64,000 nucleotides of DNA from the human T2T-CHM13v2.0 reference genome, Homo sapiens. Position 1 is the first letter of the stretch. Each line of letters begins with the position of its first letter. Made by a program: the position numbers and the translations under genes. This document shows, one piece after another, positions 43,024-60,633 of this stretch. The notes under the pieces were generated by a model. It had not been told where the DNA came from. It worked only from the letters and a program-made list of their open reading frames with translations, and did not search any database. The DNA lies in the NCBI RefSeq assembly GCF_009914755.1, contig NC_060937.1; one strand, 5' to 3'.

Positions 43024-43743
43024 CTTGGGAAGCAAACAAAATACCTAGAATTAGACTATTACATACAAATACATGCCATTCAAAACAAACTACAGTACAA
43101 GGGAAGGTTTAGACCACCACAAAAATCAAAACTTCAGTACCCAAAAGCTCTGATGCTCACTTATCATAGACATCTGTTCACTGGATTAAGGCACCTTAAT
43201 AGTGACCTAAATAGAAAAATAACGTACAGAGCAATCCAGGAACACTAGGCTTTCAGGAAACCTTTACTCTCAATCCTAAATACAATCCCAAACCCTAAAG
43301 CGTGCTTATATAGTCAACCACAGGGAACATAAGGCTGACAGTGATAGAATATATCATACAGTCTGGAAGTATCTTATGGCCAGGGGATGCATGAAGCTGG
43401 AAAATTAGAGGAAAGGGAAAGCCACTGACATTTTCCAAAAGTAGAATTAACAAGCTCAGATACATTAGAAGGAGGACCAGTAGCAATGAGACACATTAAA
43501 ATTGTAAGCAAAAAACTGAAAGAACACTTAGGTGGTTAAGCAATTCACAAAAAGAAAAACTGAGAAATGTCATCTGGGAAGCAAATTTTCAATCAGAAGA
43601 CAAGATTTGGAAACACCTGCGAGCTGGGAAAGCCACTTTCTACACCTGGAATACTAGTATAGAATTGAAGATTAATCAACTTAATTTTTGCTCTTGCAGT
43701 TAAAATTGTACAATCCTTTGATCCAGATACTTAAGGTATTTAC

Positions 43744-43849
43744 CTGGTAGTTTTTGAAATTAGCAAGGATGTGCTTGATTTGTTCTGCAGCCCCTGTCAT
43801 AAAAGGTTTTACTCTTTCTGGTCTCTGTTCTTCAAGTTTCCCTTTGATT
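43744..43849 (-). CDS. TPT1: TPT1 coding exon 4 ([35 protein letters not shown]), 106 nt
   Basis: TAG|AATCAAAGG...TACCAG|GTAAAT. The peptide is in ORF 43681..43902. Confidence 0.98.
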
Positions 43850-44240
43850 CTAAAACAACATTTCATTAACAGGTTGAAGTATTGAATTTTCAGTAAAATC
43901 AATTTTTAAAGTAAAAAATATCCAAGCTTAAAAAAAGAAAACACTGAAAAAGGCAACCAGCTGTTAAGAAATTACTAGTTCACAGAAGGTATCTTTCAAG
44001 AATGTTTACATTTCTTGTTGACTATTTTCAAAATACTATTCTAATTCTAAACGGAAACAGACTGCAGGCTTCAGTATGCTCATATTATAGAAAAGCAACC
44101 ACTCTTTTCCGTGAACTCATTAATAAAAAAGCAAGGACTTTCACAAAAGTATACCCACTGCGAAAGAACCTCAAAAGTTAGCCAATCTTTAAATCCTGTA
44201 AGATTCTAGACATCAGCTAGGTACTGCCAGTATCACTTAC

Positions 44241-44431
44241 GATTTCATGTAATCTTTGATGTACTTCTTGTAGGCTTCTTTTGTGAAACTTGTTTCCTGC
44301 AGGTGATGGTTCATGACAATATCGACACCAGTGATTACTGTGCTTTCGGTACCTTCGCCCTCGGGGCCTTCAGCGGAGGCATTTCCACCAATGAGCGAGT
44401 CATCAATGTTACCTTCTGTCCTACTGACCAT
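44241..44431 (-). CDS. TPT1: TPT1 coding exon 3 ([22 protein letters not shown]...YIKDYMKS), 191 nt
   Basis: CAG|ATGGTC...GAAATC|GTAAGT. Contains the TCTP signature IGGNASAE. Confidence 0.98.
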
Positions 44432-44958
44432 CTGCATTAAGAAAAAGCAGTATAATTGCAAAAGACACAAACGCATCCAAAGCACCTTCCACGCCAATAG
44501 TTCACGGATAAGAAGTATTCTTAGTTCTTGCTGAAAATAAAAAAAGCACCATTTTGGGAATAAAGTTGTGACCCGTGGATTTCTCAAAACGACCTAACTT
44601 AAAAGAGTTGTCTGTTGGCCGGAACAAAAAATGGGGTCATTAAAAAGTTGTTTCCAGTTGCGGGCATGTGATGCCTCCGGTTGGTAAGTGGGGACAGGAC
44701 AAACACGAAAGGACTCCAGGCTCCTAAGCCGGAAGCATCATGTCCCGGACAACCCCGGGAGGAGGATGGGCGCCGAGGCGGCGGGCCTATTTCCAGGATC
44801 AGCTCCGCCTCCAGTTTTCTAGAAAAACCCAAGCCCGGAAAGAGCGTCTCCTCCGCCAGGAGGCGGCGGGGAGGATTGCACAACCTCAGGCGGGGGAGCG
44901 GAGGAAACCCGAGCCCGCTCGGCCCGGACTCCCCCACGCGCAGGCCCGACCGACTCAC

Positions 44959-45032
44959 CTTCCCCTCCACCTCCAGGCACAACCCGTCCGCGATCTCCCG
45001 GATCTTGTAGATGTCGGAGAACATCTCATCGT
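44959..45032 (-). CDS. TPT1: TPT1 coding exon 2 ([24 protein letters not shown]), 74 nt
   Basis: CAG|ACGATGAG...GGGAAG|GTGAGT. The peptide is visible inside ORF 44599..45162. Confidence 0.98.
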
Positions 45033-45288
45033 CTGCCGGATACACAGAGCCGCCCATCACCGTGCGCCTGGCGCCGCCATTTCCCGCATTTCCCGCGCCG
45101 GCGGCCGCACGCGGGATCTGCCCCTCCGTAGCACACCAGAGCTGGGCGCGAGCCCCGGGCACCGACCCCTCCGCGCTCGGCTAAGACCGCCGGCGTCCCC
45201 TAGGCCCGCGACGGCTGCGCCTTCCCCGCCCCCACCCGCACCCCAGACCCCCGTGTGCGGCAGTAAGGATAGTGCAGTGAGGACTCAC

Positions 45289-45316
45289 GGCTGATGAGGT
45301 CCCGGTAGATAATCAT
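45289..45316 (-). CDS. TPT1: TPT1 coding exon 1 (MIIYRDLIS/H), 28 nt
   Basis: Minus strand reads GCCATC-ATGATTATCTACCGGGACCTCATCAGCC|GTGAGT. This is the TCTP N-terminus; donor at 45288. Confidence 0.98.
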
Positions 45317-45430
45317 GATGGCGACTGAAGGGAGACGACGACGGCGCTAGCTTAGCACGAGCCTGAAACTCGGAGCGAGCGCGGTGCAGCCGGAGCGGCG
45401 CTCGGGGGGAGGGGGGAGCGGGCGGAAAAG
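45317..45430 (-). promoter_or_regulatory. TPT1: TPT1 5'UTR beginning with a 5'TOP (oligopyrimidine) motif
   Basis: CTTTTCCGCCCGCTCCCCCCTCCCCCC begins at 45430, about 30 nt downstream of TATATGA. TPT1 is a known TOP mRNA. Confidence 0.85.
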
Positions 45431-45453
45431 GCCGACTCAGCCGCTCCCCAACC

Positions 45454-45550
45454 TCATATAGAGGGCACGTCCCTCTACGTCATCGCCCGCTGCGCCTCCG
45501 GAAGCGACGCAGGCGGTGACGTGGCACGAAGAGCCGCGCGGGGGCGGGGC
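45454..45550 (-). promoter_or_regulatory. TPT1 core promoter: TATA-like box, two CRE-like sites, ETS site, GC box
   Basis: TATATGA 45460-45454 (-); TGACGT at 45477-45482 (-) and 45517-45522 (+); CCGGAAG 45498-45504; GGGGCGGGGC 45541-45550. Confidence 0.8.
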
Positions 45551-45589
45551 CACAGCGGGGGCGAGTCGGGGAGGTGAGCATCCGGGGAC

Positions 45590-45861
45590 TTGAGGCGGAG
45601 ACACAAGGCTCCGTTCCACTGGGCACGCCAGCGGGTAGGGGTGGGGGCGGGGAGGTGCGCGCGCAGCGTGGGAGGAGGCCAACTCTCGGGGCGCTCCCTA
45701 GCCCTGGGTGGGTGGAGCGGGGGAAGCGGAGTACGTTGGACCCGGCTCCGCCCTACCCCACGGGGCCGCCTGGAGAGGTGCTGGGAGCTGGGTGGAGCTT
45801 AGAGGAATTAAACTTTGGCCCTGCGCCTCGTCCAGCCTAGGTTCCACCCTTTTCTGGGAAC
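45590..45861 (+). ncRNA. TPT1-AS1: Probable first exon of divergent lncRNA TPT1-AS1 (intron continues rightwards)
   Basis: Head-to-head lncRNA recalled for this locus. Plus-strand donor AAC|GTGAGT at 45862, alternative GAG|GTGAGC at 45574. The start coordinate is uncertain. Confidence 0.5.
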
Positions 45862-46456
45862 GTGAGTATCAACCAAGGTAGGAGAACGTCGCATTTAGGG
45901 AGGGTCAGGCCCTCTGGCCTGGGGTAGATCTCGGGACTGCCCGAGGGCCTCTGACAACTTTTCAGCATCTGCCCCAGGGCTGCCCCAGCTGGAGTTTTTG
46001 GGACGCTTTTGTGGGGGCACCGCTGAGTCCGGATAGTGGGACCCAAGTCGTCCTGCTCGGCCCCTGGGGAATAATCGTGTGGGGCGCAAGGTCTGTGGGA
46101 AGGGACTTGGAGAGGAGGGAAGATGTCACGGGAGTCTGCACAGGGTTTCCATGTGTTCCAATTTTGTCCCATAATTGAAAGCTTGTGGCATTCTGTGGCG
46201 GACGGCTACGGAGCTAGCTCTTCCCTTTACTATTTCGCACTTGGTCTTGGAAAAGTATGTTGTCGCTTTAAGATGAAGTTGAAATTTTATCCCTGGTGCT
46301 AGAGGGTCACACAAAGGGAGTTTCCCACCTGCCCCACCTGTTTTTTGAAGGACTTTACACCCAATTACTAAGTATTAAAACAAAACAGGTCCTGCATGGT
46401 AGCTCATGCCTGTAATCCCAGAACTTTGGGAGGCAACTACTGAAACCCTGTCTCTA

Positions 46457-46726
<270 letters not shown>

Positions 46727-47003
46727 CTATTTCGCAAATATTTTGTGCTTTGTATCCCTTAGAACTAGGATTTGCACCAAGATTCCAATTGTGAACAAGT
46801 TCGATCCAGTCCTACTTATAGAAGTGTTCATTCTGGTAAATCAAAGTATCAGACAATTATAATACATTAACAATTGTTCATAAATCCAATAATATAGCAT
46901 TCAGCAGAGTAAGAATGCAACCCTTGGGAAAGAGCAGGACACAGGATGGCAATTGGAATGATGGAAAAGTCAAAATGCAAGAGCCAAGAAATTAACCCCT
47001 TTA

Positions 47004-47399
<396 letters not shown>

Positions 47400-47425
47400 T
47401 CAAACCTCATTTCTGGAATGTATGA

Positions 47426-47794
<369 letters not shown>

Positions 47795-47979
47795 TAATTA
47801 TTTTCTTCAGTTTTAATACTTCCAAACTATTCAGAAATATTATCATTGACCCATGCAGTACTCTCAAACATTACTCTCAACTGCCCAATCTCATATTCAG
47901 GTCGAAACAGTTCTTTAAGTTTTATAAAAATATAGTCGTGGTGAAAAAAAGTACTGAAGAGTCATGGCACCCTAGATTA

Positions 47980-48165
<186 letters not shown>

Positions 48166-48480
48166 TCAGGAGGCTAAGGCAAGAGAATCGCTTGAACCTG
48201 GGAGACGGAGGTTGCAGTGAGCCGAGATTGCGCCACTGCACTCCAGCCTGGGCAGCAGAGCGAGACTCTGTCTCAAACTACAAACAACAACAAAAATTTT
48301 ATTGATAAAATTGCGGGCTCTGAAAAGAAAAGATCTTGAACACCCAACCAATGAGAATAAACAGACGGTTGAGAAACAATTTAGTGAATAGTGAACAACT
48401 TTATTTAAAATGAAATAAGAATAGAAAAGAAAAATCATATATAAAGGCGAATCACAGTAAAGGTGAGTATTATTTTGTGA

Positions 48481-48654
<174 letters not shown>

Positions 48655-49014
48655 TGAGTAGCTGGGATTACAGGCACGCGCCACCACTCCCAGGTATGTT
48701 TTAGATTTATGTATGTATGAATGTACTAGATCCCACATATATTTCTTCCTGTGGTTATAAGTCAAGTGTTTTGAAATCCATTGACTTGGGCAAATTTTCT
48801 TTTCAAATATATTACTTGGCACCATAAACTCTTCAATTTCAGCAAATGATTTTTTTAAATGACCCCAGTGTTTTGTGAATACTTATATTTGACTCTAGCT
48901 CATTTGAACAATTTTTGCCAGAAAGAGAAAACAGCCAAATGGAGATCTGGCTTGCTGTGTAGGGGCTGAGAGAAGTGTGATCATTCTGACCCTCTATTAG
49001 CAGGAAACTGCTCA

Positions 49015-49416
<402 letters not shown>

Positions 49417-49422
49417 TCACTA

Positions 49423-49814
<392 letters not shown>

Positions 49815-49985
49815 TCAGTTTTCTCTCCCTCTGAAAAAGAAGCTACTGTCTATAGAAACAAAAGGCGGCCCGGCGTGGTGGCTCACGCCTGTAATCCCAG
49901 CACTTTAGGAGGCCGAGGTGGGTGGATCACGAGGTCAGAAGATCAAGACCATCCTGGCCAACATGGTGAAACCCCGCCTCTACTA

Positions 49986-50147
<162 letters not shown>

Positions 50148-50214
50148 TCAAAAAAAAAAAACAAAAGGCATAGACTTCGCTCAAATTGTCACCCTCTCCA
50201 CAGGCTATCCTTGA

Positions 50215-50732
<518 letters not shown>

Positions 50733-51433
50733 TAGTAGAAACGTGGTTTCACCATGTTAGCCAGGATGGTCTCGATCTCCTGACCTCGTGATCCACCCGC
50801 CTCGGCCTCCCAAAGTGCTGGGATTACAGGCGTGAGCCACCGTGCCCGGCCCCATTTATCCCTAATATTTATTTGTGGGACTAATTAACCAACATGTTAT
50901 TTCTTTTCTTTTCTTTTTTTTTTTTTTTTGAGATGGAGTTTCGCTCATTACCCAGGCTGGAGTGCAATTGCACAATCTTGGCTCACCCAAACCGCCACCT
51001 CCTGGGTTCAAGCGATTCTCCTGCCTCAGCCTCCTGAGTAGCTGGGATTAGAGGCATGTGCCACCACACCCGGCTAATTTTGTATTTTTAGTGGAGACGG
51101 GGTTTCTCCATGTTGGTCAGGTTGGTCTTGAGCTCCCGACCTCAGGTGATCTGCCCACCTCGGCCTCCCAAAGTGCTGACATTACAGGTGTGAGCCACCA
51201 TGCCCAGCCCCAACATGTTATTTTCTTATACTTACTTTATTTTCTGTCTCCCCTCCAGACAATGTAAGTGCCATGGAGGTTGAGAGAGTTTTTTTGCTCA
51301 CAGTTGTATTCCCGGTGCATTAAACAGTGCCTATGGCTGGGTGCAGTGGCTCATACCTGTAATCACAGCACTTTGGGAGGCCAGGGTGGGCAAATCACTT
51401 CAGGTTAGGAGTTTGAGACCAGCCTCTAGGTCA

Positions 51434-51712
<279 letters not shown>

Positions 51713-52873
51713 TCATAAAAGCAAGTTGTAGAACATCACTCCTTCATTTAACACCCAGATACACATGACAAAAACCAATAGACTGCTCTACCTATGTGTA
51801 TATATTTACAAAAGCAAACATGAGAATCTAGAAGGTTATGCATCAAACTGGTAACAGTGGCTAATTCTGGGAGGCAGCTGGGGAAAAGTGAGTGGTCAAA
51901 GGGGAACTATAGCATTAATTGTTTCAATTTAATATCCAATAATGTTTCATATTTAATATCCAAAATATTCTTTTTCTCATAGATACCAAACATAATAATG
52001 CAAATAAAGTATGGGGAAGTATTTATATCATATGTAAACAATATATAAGGAAAATGCACCAAAGAAATAAGCATATATACCTGAAACAAGCTAAGGGAGG
52101 GCCATGCATAAATTGTTGGCCAGGCGCAGTCGCTCACACCTGTAATCCCAGCACTTTGGGAGGCTGAGGCAAAAGGATAGCTTGAGCCCAGGGTTTCAAG
52201 ACCAGCTTGGGCAATGTAGTAAGACCCCGCCTCTACTTTTAAAAATAAATGAATAAATTGTGTGGCTGGGTTTTCTGATCACTCAAGCAGTATGTGAGTG
52301 TGAGTGTGTGTGTGCGCGCATGAGCACGCACAGGAGTGAACTAGCTTGATTTTTGAAAAATGGACCCATAAATTGTTTTGCTAAAAATATCAGCAAGTCC
52401 TTATTTGGGAGTAGTGAAGAGGGGCTGGGTGAATGCTTGCCAACATGCCGCAGGAGGAAGATAAATTATCTTTTTACTTTCCACGTTTTCAAGTGAAGAG
52501 CATAGTGAGGTGGGAATTAGAGATAATAGAATTTGAAAAGCATATTAATTTTTTTCATTATGCTTTGCCTTGCTTGAAAAATTATTGCTAGCAGCTTTTA
52601 GAGTTCTATGTAGCACAGCTCCCTCAAACATTAAGGAGGCCATTGGTGCAAACCGAAAATACAAATAAGACAGTAAGGTGAAGCCAGGGGTAAGGATGAT
52701 ATCAAAGGATGTGTCATCAAGTCCTGCACAGTTGTCAGAGGTGGACTTCACACAAGGCATTTCTCTCATGGGCCCTCATTATGTGATTTAGTCTCAACGA
52801 AACCCCTACAGTGAATTTAGTAATGGGTGGCCTATGGCTTCTTTCTTTTTTATTTTTTTATTTTTTGTGATGA

Positions 52874-52972
<99 letters not shown>

Positions 52973-53582
52973 TGAGTCCTGGGATTACAGGCATGCGACC
53001 ACACCCAGCTAATTTTTATATTTTTAGTAGAGACAGGGTTTCACCGTGTTAGGCTGGTCTTGAACTCCTGACCTCGTGATCTGCCCGCCTTGGCCTCCCA
53101 AAGTGCTGGGATTACCAGGTGTGAGCCACCACACCTGGCCGGTTTATATCTTTTTACTTTTCTTTTTTTTTTTTTTTTTTTTGAGACGGAGTCTTGCTCT
53201 GACACCCAGGCTGGAGTGCAGTGGCGCAATCTCGGCTCACTGTAACTCTGCCTCCCAAGTTCAAGCGATTCTCCTGCCTCAGCCTCCCAAGTAGCTGGGA
53301 TTACAGGTATGTGCCACCACGCCTGGCTAATTTTTTGTATTTTTAGTAGAGATGGGGTTTCACTGTGTTAGCCAGGATGGTCTCGATCTCCTGACCTCGT
53401 GATCTGCCCACTTTGGCCTCCCAAACTGCTGGGATTACAGGCATGAGCCACGGTGCCCAGCCCATTTCTTACAACTTTCTTCGGTGTAGGCCTAACCTTC
53501 ATATTCAGTTCAGTAAAAATAAGCCTACTGGTAGGTGGAACAAAGGGCTCCTGCCTCACAGCTTGCTTGCTTGCTGTCTGTC

Positions 53583-53585
53583 TTT

Positions 53586-53668
<83 letters not shown>
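53583..53668 (+). repeat. (TTTC)n microsatellite, about 20 units
   Basis: Read directly from the sequence. Confidence 0.95.
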
Positions 53669-53670
<2 letters not shown>

Positions 53671-54210
53671 TCTAATGAAGTCATAACTTAACAGCTTTCT
53701 GAGGTCTGGATTGATCCACAGGTAAAATTTTTTCATGATCTGTAATGGACAGAATATTCTTCCAGCAATCTGCCACAAGTATTGCTTCAGAACAAAGACT
53801 TGAAGGGCAGAGAACATTGGCACATACCCTCTAGGGAATCCCAAACCGTCCCCAAGATTTCTGCTGATGTTTATATTGTCATAATCACTGATGACATGTG
53901 GGAAGGAAGAGAGTGGATTACATCACAGCAATGGAACTTCAGATTAAACTCTGAGTGTCCCTGTGCTTAAAATATTATCACTCACCCACCATGACTTCCC
54001 GCAGTCCCCAACTCAGACCAGCTCACTGGCTCTTGTCTCTCTTTCCTCCTTAGCCCCACTCCCCATCAGTAGGAAAAAATAAGTGACAAATCCCTCTTGT
54101 TTTCCCATAAAGAGGCAGCATAAATATTCTTTTTTTCCTTCCTTAAAGGCCTCTCACTTTTATTACAGGTAACTTATTAAAATATTTTCCTGAAAGCAGT
54201 TCTTTCCCTA

Positions 54211-54585
<375 letters not shown>

Positions 54586-54882
54586 TTATTAATTCATTCA
54601 GCAAATACATATGACGCAATCACGATGTATCAGGTTCACTCCTACTAGATGTACATGAACAAGGCCTTTCCCTGAAGGAAAAGTGGAATAGACATGAGAT
54701 TAAGCATGCAAATTACAGCCTCTTCCTCAGAGAGCTGCCGATAGCAACTAACCCTGACAAAAGTCAATCACAATATCAGTTCCTTCCTCTACAGAGTGTT
54801 AAAAGTTTCTCGGCTGGGTGCGATGGCTCACGCCTGTAATCCTCTGTAATCCTGAGAAAGTGCCTGTAATCCTGGCACTTCA

Positions 54883-55192
<310 letters not shown>

Positions 55193-56647
55193 TTAGAACT
55201 CCTTTAATAACTGTGTTTTCAGCAGTGACCTAAAATTGCTAATGCTTACCGATATGACCATCTTGGGGTCTCTGAGGGGCATTGTAATGGCGCCCTTATT
55301 CCTCACCAGGGTTCTGAAGCAATTAAGATATAAGAACAGGGAGGCAGCAGATGGAGACTAAAATGTCACCTTTACTACTGACAAAGGCTAGGTTGGAGGG
55401 CAGAGATTTTTTTTTTTTTTTTGGAAAAAAAAATTTTTTTTGAGACAGAATCTCACTATTTTGCCCAGGCTGGTCTTGAACTCCTGAGCTGAGGCAATCC
55501 TCCCGCCTCAGCCTCCGCAGTAGTTGGGATTACAGGTGTGAGCCACTGCACCTGGCAGAGGTCAGAGACTCTGTGAGCAAGTGACTTCCTAATACTTTAT
55601 AAGACTTAAGCCTAAAATGAGACAGACAGGCCTCTAAACCTTACTAAGTAGAGGAGGGAGTGGTAGGCCAGCTCCTAATAGGAAAAAGGGAGAGAAAGAG
55701 GCTACACATGTCAGTTTGTCCTTCCAGATTCCCCATATAGGTGACAAGGGGAACAAGGCCATGGGCAAAGCAGATTCTCACAATGGAGTATGGTTGATTC
55801 CTTACAGGATCTCCTTTTGAAGTTAGAGAGAGTAGCTATACCTTAGGAAATCTGGCTGGACAATTAAGCTGGGTTTATTAAGAATATATGCAGGATGAAA
55901 GTGGAGTTAGCTGGTACCCATCCCTGGGCCTTATGGTTGTGGAGGAGTTCACTTAGGGTAACTATCCTGTATGTGCTGGCAGTGGTGGGGGAAATACTTT
56001 TGTTCTTGGGGCCCAATCTGTTCCAGGTGGCCATGAACCTGCTTGTGAGCCTGTGGTGAGGAAGATGAGAACGAGAAGGGGACAGCTCTTGGGACTGGAC
56101 ATTAGTGCTTTCAGGTCGATCTGTGATGCTTACCCCGGTTTTTGTTCTGTTTTCGTTTTTGGGACAGGGTCTTACTCTGTGACCCACGCTGGAGTGCAAT
56201 GGCACCATCACGACTTACTGAAGCCTCCACTTCCCGGGCTCAAGTGATTCTCACACCTCAGCCTCCTGAGTAGCTGAGACCACAGGTGTGCACCACCACA
56301 CCCCACTAAATTTTCTGTTTTTTTTGTCGAAATGGGGTTTCGCCATGTTGCCCAGGCTAGTCTCAAACTCCTGGGCGCAAAAGATCTGCCCGCCCACCTC
56401 GGGCCTCCCAAAGTGCTGGGATTACAGGCATGAACCATAACACCTGGTTTACTCAGAGAATAGCGAACGCTTCCTTGTGCCAGGGAAGGTGGAGCAGTCA
56501 TGACTCAGGCTTCGGGAGCCTCAGGCTCGCAGCTACAGGCTTATACACACTCACATCAAATGCTAATGGGGCCCGAGTCAGAAAGAAATTAGCCAGACTA
56601 AGAAAAACAAGACTTTGGAAATATAAACGTTTGAATGAACATTTTAA

Positions 56648-56911
<264 letters not shown>

Positions 56912-57045
56912 TAGTAGAGACGGGGTTTCACTGTGTTAGTCAGGATGGTCTTGATCTCCTGACCTTGTCATCAGCCAGCCTCGGCCTCACAAAGTGCTGG
57001 GATTACAGGTGTGAGCCACCGCACCCGGCCTTGTTTGTTTTTTGA

Positions 57046-57150
<105 letters not shown>

Positions 57151-58361
57151 TGAGTAGCTGGGATTACAGGCATGTGCCACCATACCCGGTTAATTTTGTT
57201 TTTTTTTTTTTTTTTTTTTTTTTTTTGAGACGGAGTCTCGCTCTGTCACCTAGCCTGAACTGCAGTGGCGCGATCTCGGCTCACTGCAAGCTCCGCCTCC
57301 CGGGTTCACGCCATCCTCCTGTCTCAGCCTCCCGAGGAGCTGGGATACAGGTGCCCACCACCACGCGTGGCTAATTTTTTTTTTGTATTTTTAGTAGAGA
57401 AGGGGTTTCACCATGTTTGCCAGGATGGTCTCGATCTCCTGACCTCGTGATCCGCCCGCCTCGGTCTTTCAAAGGGCCAGGATTACAGGCGTGAGTCACC
57501 GCGCCTGGCTAATTTTGTATTTTTAGTAAAGACGGGGTTTCTCCATGTTGGTCAGGCTGGTCTCGAACTTCCGACCTCAAGTGATCCACCTGCCTCAGCC
57601 TCCCAAAGTGCTGGGATTACAGGCATAAGCCACCTCTCCTGGCCATTTTTTTTTTTTTTAAATAGAGACATGGTCTTAGTATATTGTCTGGGCTGGTCTC
57701 AAACTCCTGGGCTAAAGCAATCCTCCTGCCTCGGCCTCCCAGAGTTCTGGGATTACAGGCGTGAGCCACTGTTTTTAAGGCTGGGCACTGTGTGGCTCGT
57801 GCCTGATATCCCAGCACTTTGGGAGGCTGAGGAGGGAGGATCACTTAAGGCCAGGAGTTTGAGAACAAGACCAGCCTGGGAAACATAGTGAGACCCTCTC
57901 TCTACAAAAAAAATTTTGAAAATTAGCCAGGTGTGGAGGTACATATGTGTGGTTCCAGCTACTTGAGAGGCTGAGGTGGGAGGATTGCTTAAGCCTGGGA
58001 GGTTGAGGTTGCAGTGAGCCGTGTTCATGCTACTGTACTCCAGCCTGGGTGATAGAGTGAGACCCTGTCTCAAAAAAAAAAAAAAGTTTTTAAAAAGTGT
58101 AAAAGACTTCCAAGATGAAAAGTTGGAGAATTACTGGCCTACCGTAATACAAACCCCATGTCAGGATCTGGAAATATGCAAATAAATGAAAGGTTAAGGA
58201 ATACACACTAGCCAGGTGCACACAAGCAGGGTATACCATTAGCTGATTCTTTTGAGCAATTAGTTTTTATTATATGGACCCAGTCTTATAACTGATCATG
58301 TTTCCCTTCTCTCTTTGACTGCTAGCAAGCTCAGAGCCAAATTTGGGCTTATTTCTGTTAA

Positions 58362-58643
<282 letters not shown>

Positions 58644-58745
58644 TAGAGACAGGGTTTTGCCATGTTGCCCAGGCTGGTCTCCATCTCCTGAGCTGAAGCA
58701 ATCTGCCAACCTCGGCCTCCCAATGTACTGGGATTACAGGTGTGA

Positions 58746-59222
<477 letters not shown>

Positions 59223-59785
59223 TGAGAACTCATGGAATTTCAAATCTTTTTTTTTTTTTTTTGAGATGGAGTCTCACTCTGTCGCCCAGGCTGGAGTGCA
59301 GTGGCACAATCTTGGCTCACTGCAACCTCCGCCTCCCGGCTTCGAGCAATTCTAGTACCTCAGCCTCCCGAGTAGCCAGGATTACAGGCACATGCCAGCA
59401 CGCCTGGGTAATTTTTGTGTTTTTAGTAGAGATGGGGTTTCACCATGTTGGCCAGGTTGGTCTCGAACTCCTGGCCTCAGGTGATCCACCCTCCTCAGCC
59501 TCCCAAAGTGCTGGGATTACAGGCGTGAGCCTCTGCACCTGGTCCAAATCTTTTTTAAAATGCACTCTTAAAACTTGGGAATGTATAAAATACCATTCCT
59601 GCCTTTGATGAACTTAAAAATCTATTGTCATACGTGTAAATGGTTACCAGAAACAACAGAATATGATAGATCACAAAGGTAGTACAAGCAAAGTCCATAG
59701 GAAGGGTTGCACCTTCTCCCCAGAGGCAAAGTTAAAATGAATGGAGCTACCAGGATTTAGCGTTTCTTTTGTAGAACTCTAGGAA

Positions 59786-59869
59786 TTCAGGGAAAGAGAG
59801 GCTCATTCCTGCCTTAATGGGAGGTTTCAGGGGAAGAGAGGCTCATTTCTGCCTTTATGGGGGGTTTCA
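59786..59869 (+). repeat. Imperfect 40-bp tandem duplication
   Basis: TTCAGGG(A/G)AAGAGAGGCTCATT(C/T)CTGCCTT(A/T)ATGGG twice. Confidence 0.9.
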
Positions 59870-59927
59870 AACTTCAGTAGAAAACACTGTAATTGGAAAA
59901 TGGCTTGAAGACTAATTGAAAACATCA

Positions 59928-60092
59928 GCATATTACCAATTCTGAGATGCATGTTTTTCACATTTTAAGATTTCTCATCTTGGGATGCATCTTATGGTAT
60001 GCCATGATTACTTGTCAGAATTTTTTTTCTAAGTGATACATAAAATAATCATGCTTCTTATGATTGATAATGTCTTAGATTAGATGAAGACC
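59928..60092. mobile_element. Short non-autonomous DNA transposon (MER105-like)
   Basis: TTCTGAGATGCATGTTTTTCACATTTTAA...GTCTTAGATTAGATGAA with degenerate inverted termini; family assigned from memory. Confidence 0.45.
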
Positions 60093-60240
60093 ATTATTAG
60101 TTACTATTATTATTATTAATTTTGAGACGGAGTCCTGCTCTGTCGCCCAGGCTTGAGTGCAGTAGCACGATCTCGGCTCACTGCAACCTCCGCCTCCCGG
60201 GTTCAAAGGATTCTCTCACCTCAGCCTCCTGAATAGCTGA

Positions 60241-60633
<393 letters not shown>

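Larger units (their letters stand above)
44650..46100. promoter_or_regulatory. CpG island over the TPT1/TPT1-AS1 bidirectional promoter
   Basis: High GC and dense CpG by eye; YY1-like GCCGCCATTT at 45073-45082 in intron 1. Boundaries approximate. Confidence 0.9.

Noticed and set aside
43330-43396. TGCATCCCCTG in intron 4 resembling the SNORA31 5' end (a third copy?)
   Set aside because: Similarity is about 11 nt only; no partner stem, pocket or ACA box.
44599-45294. 184-187 aa ORFs on both strands
   Set aside because: CpG-island intron read-through around TPT1 exon 2; only 44959-45032 is coding.
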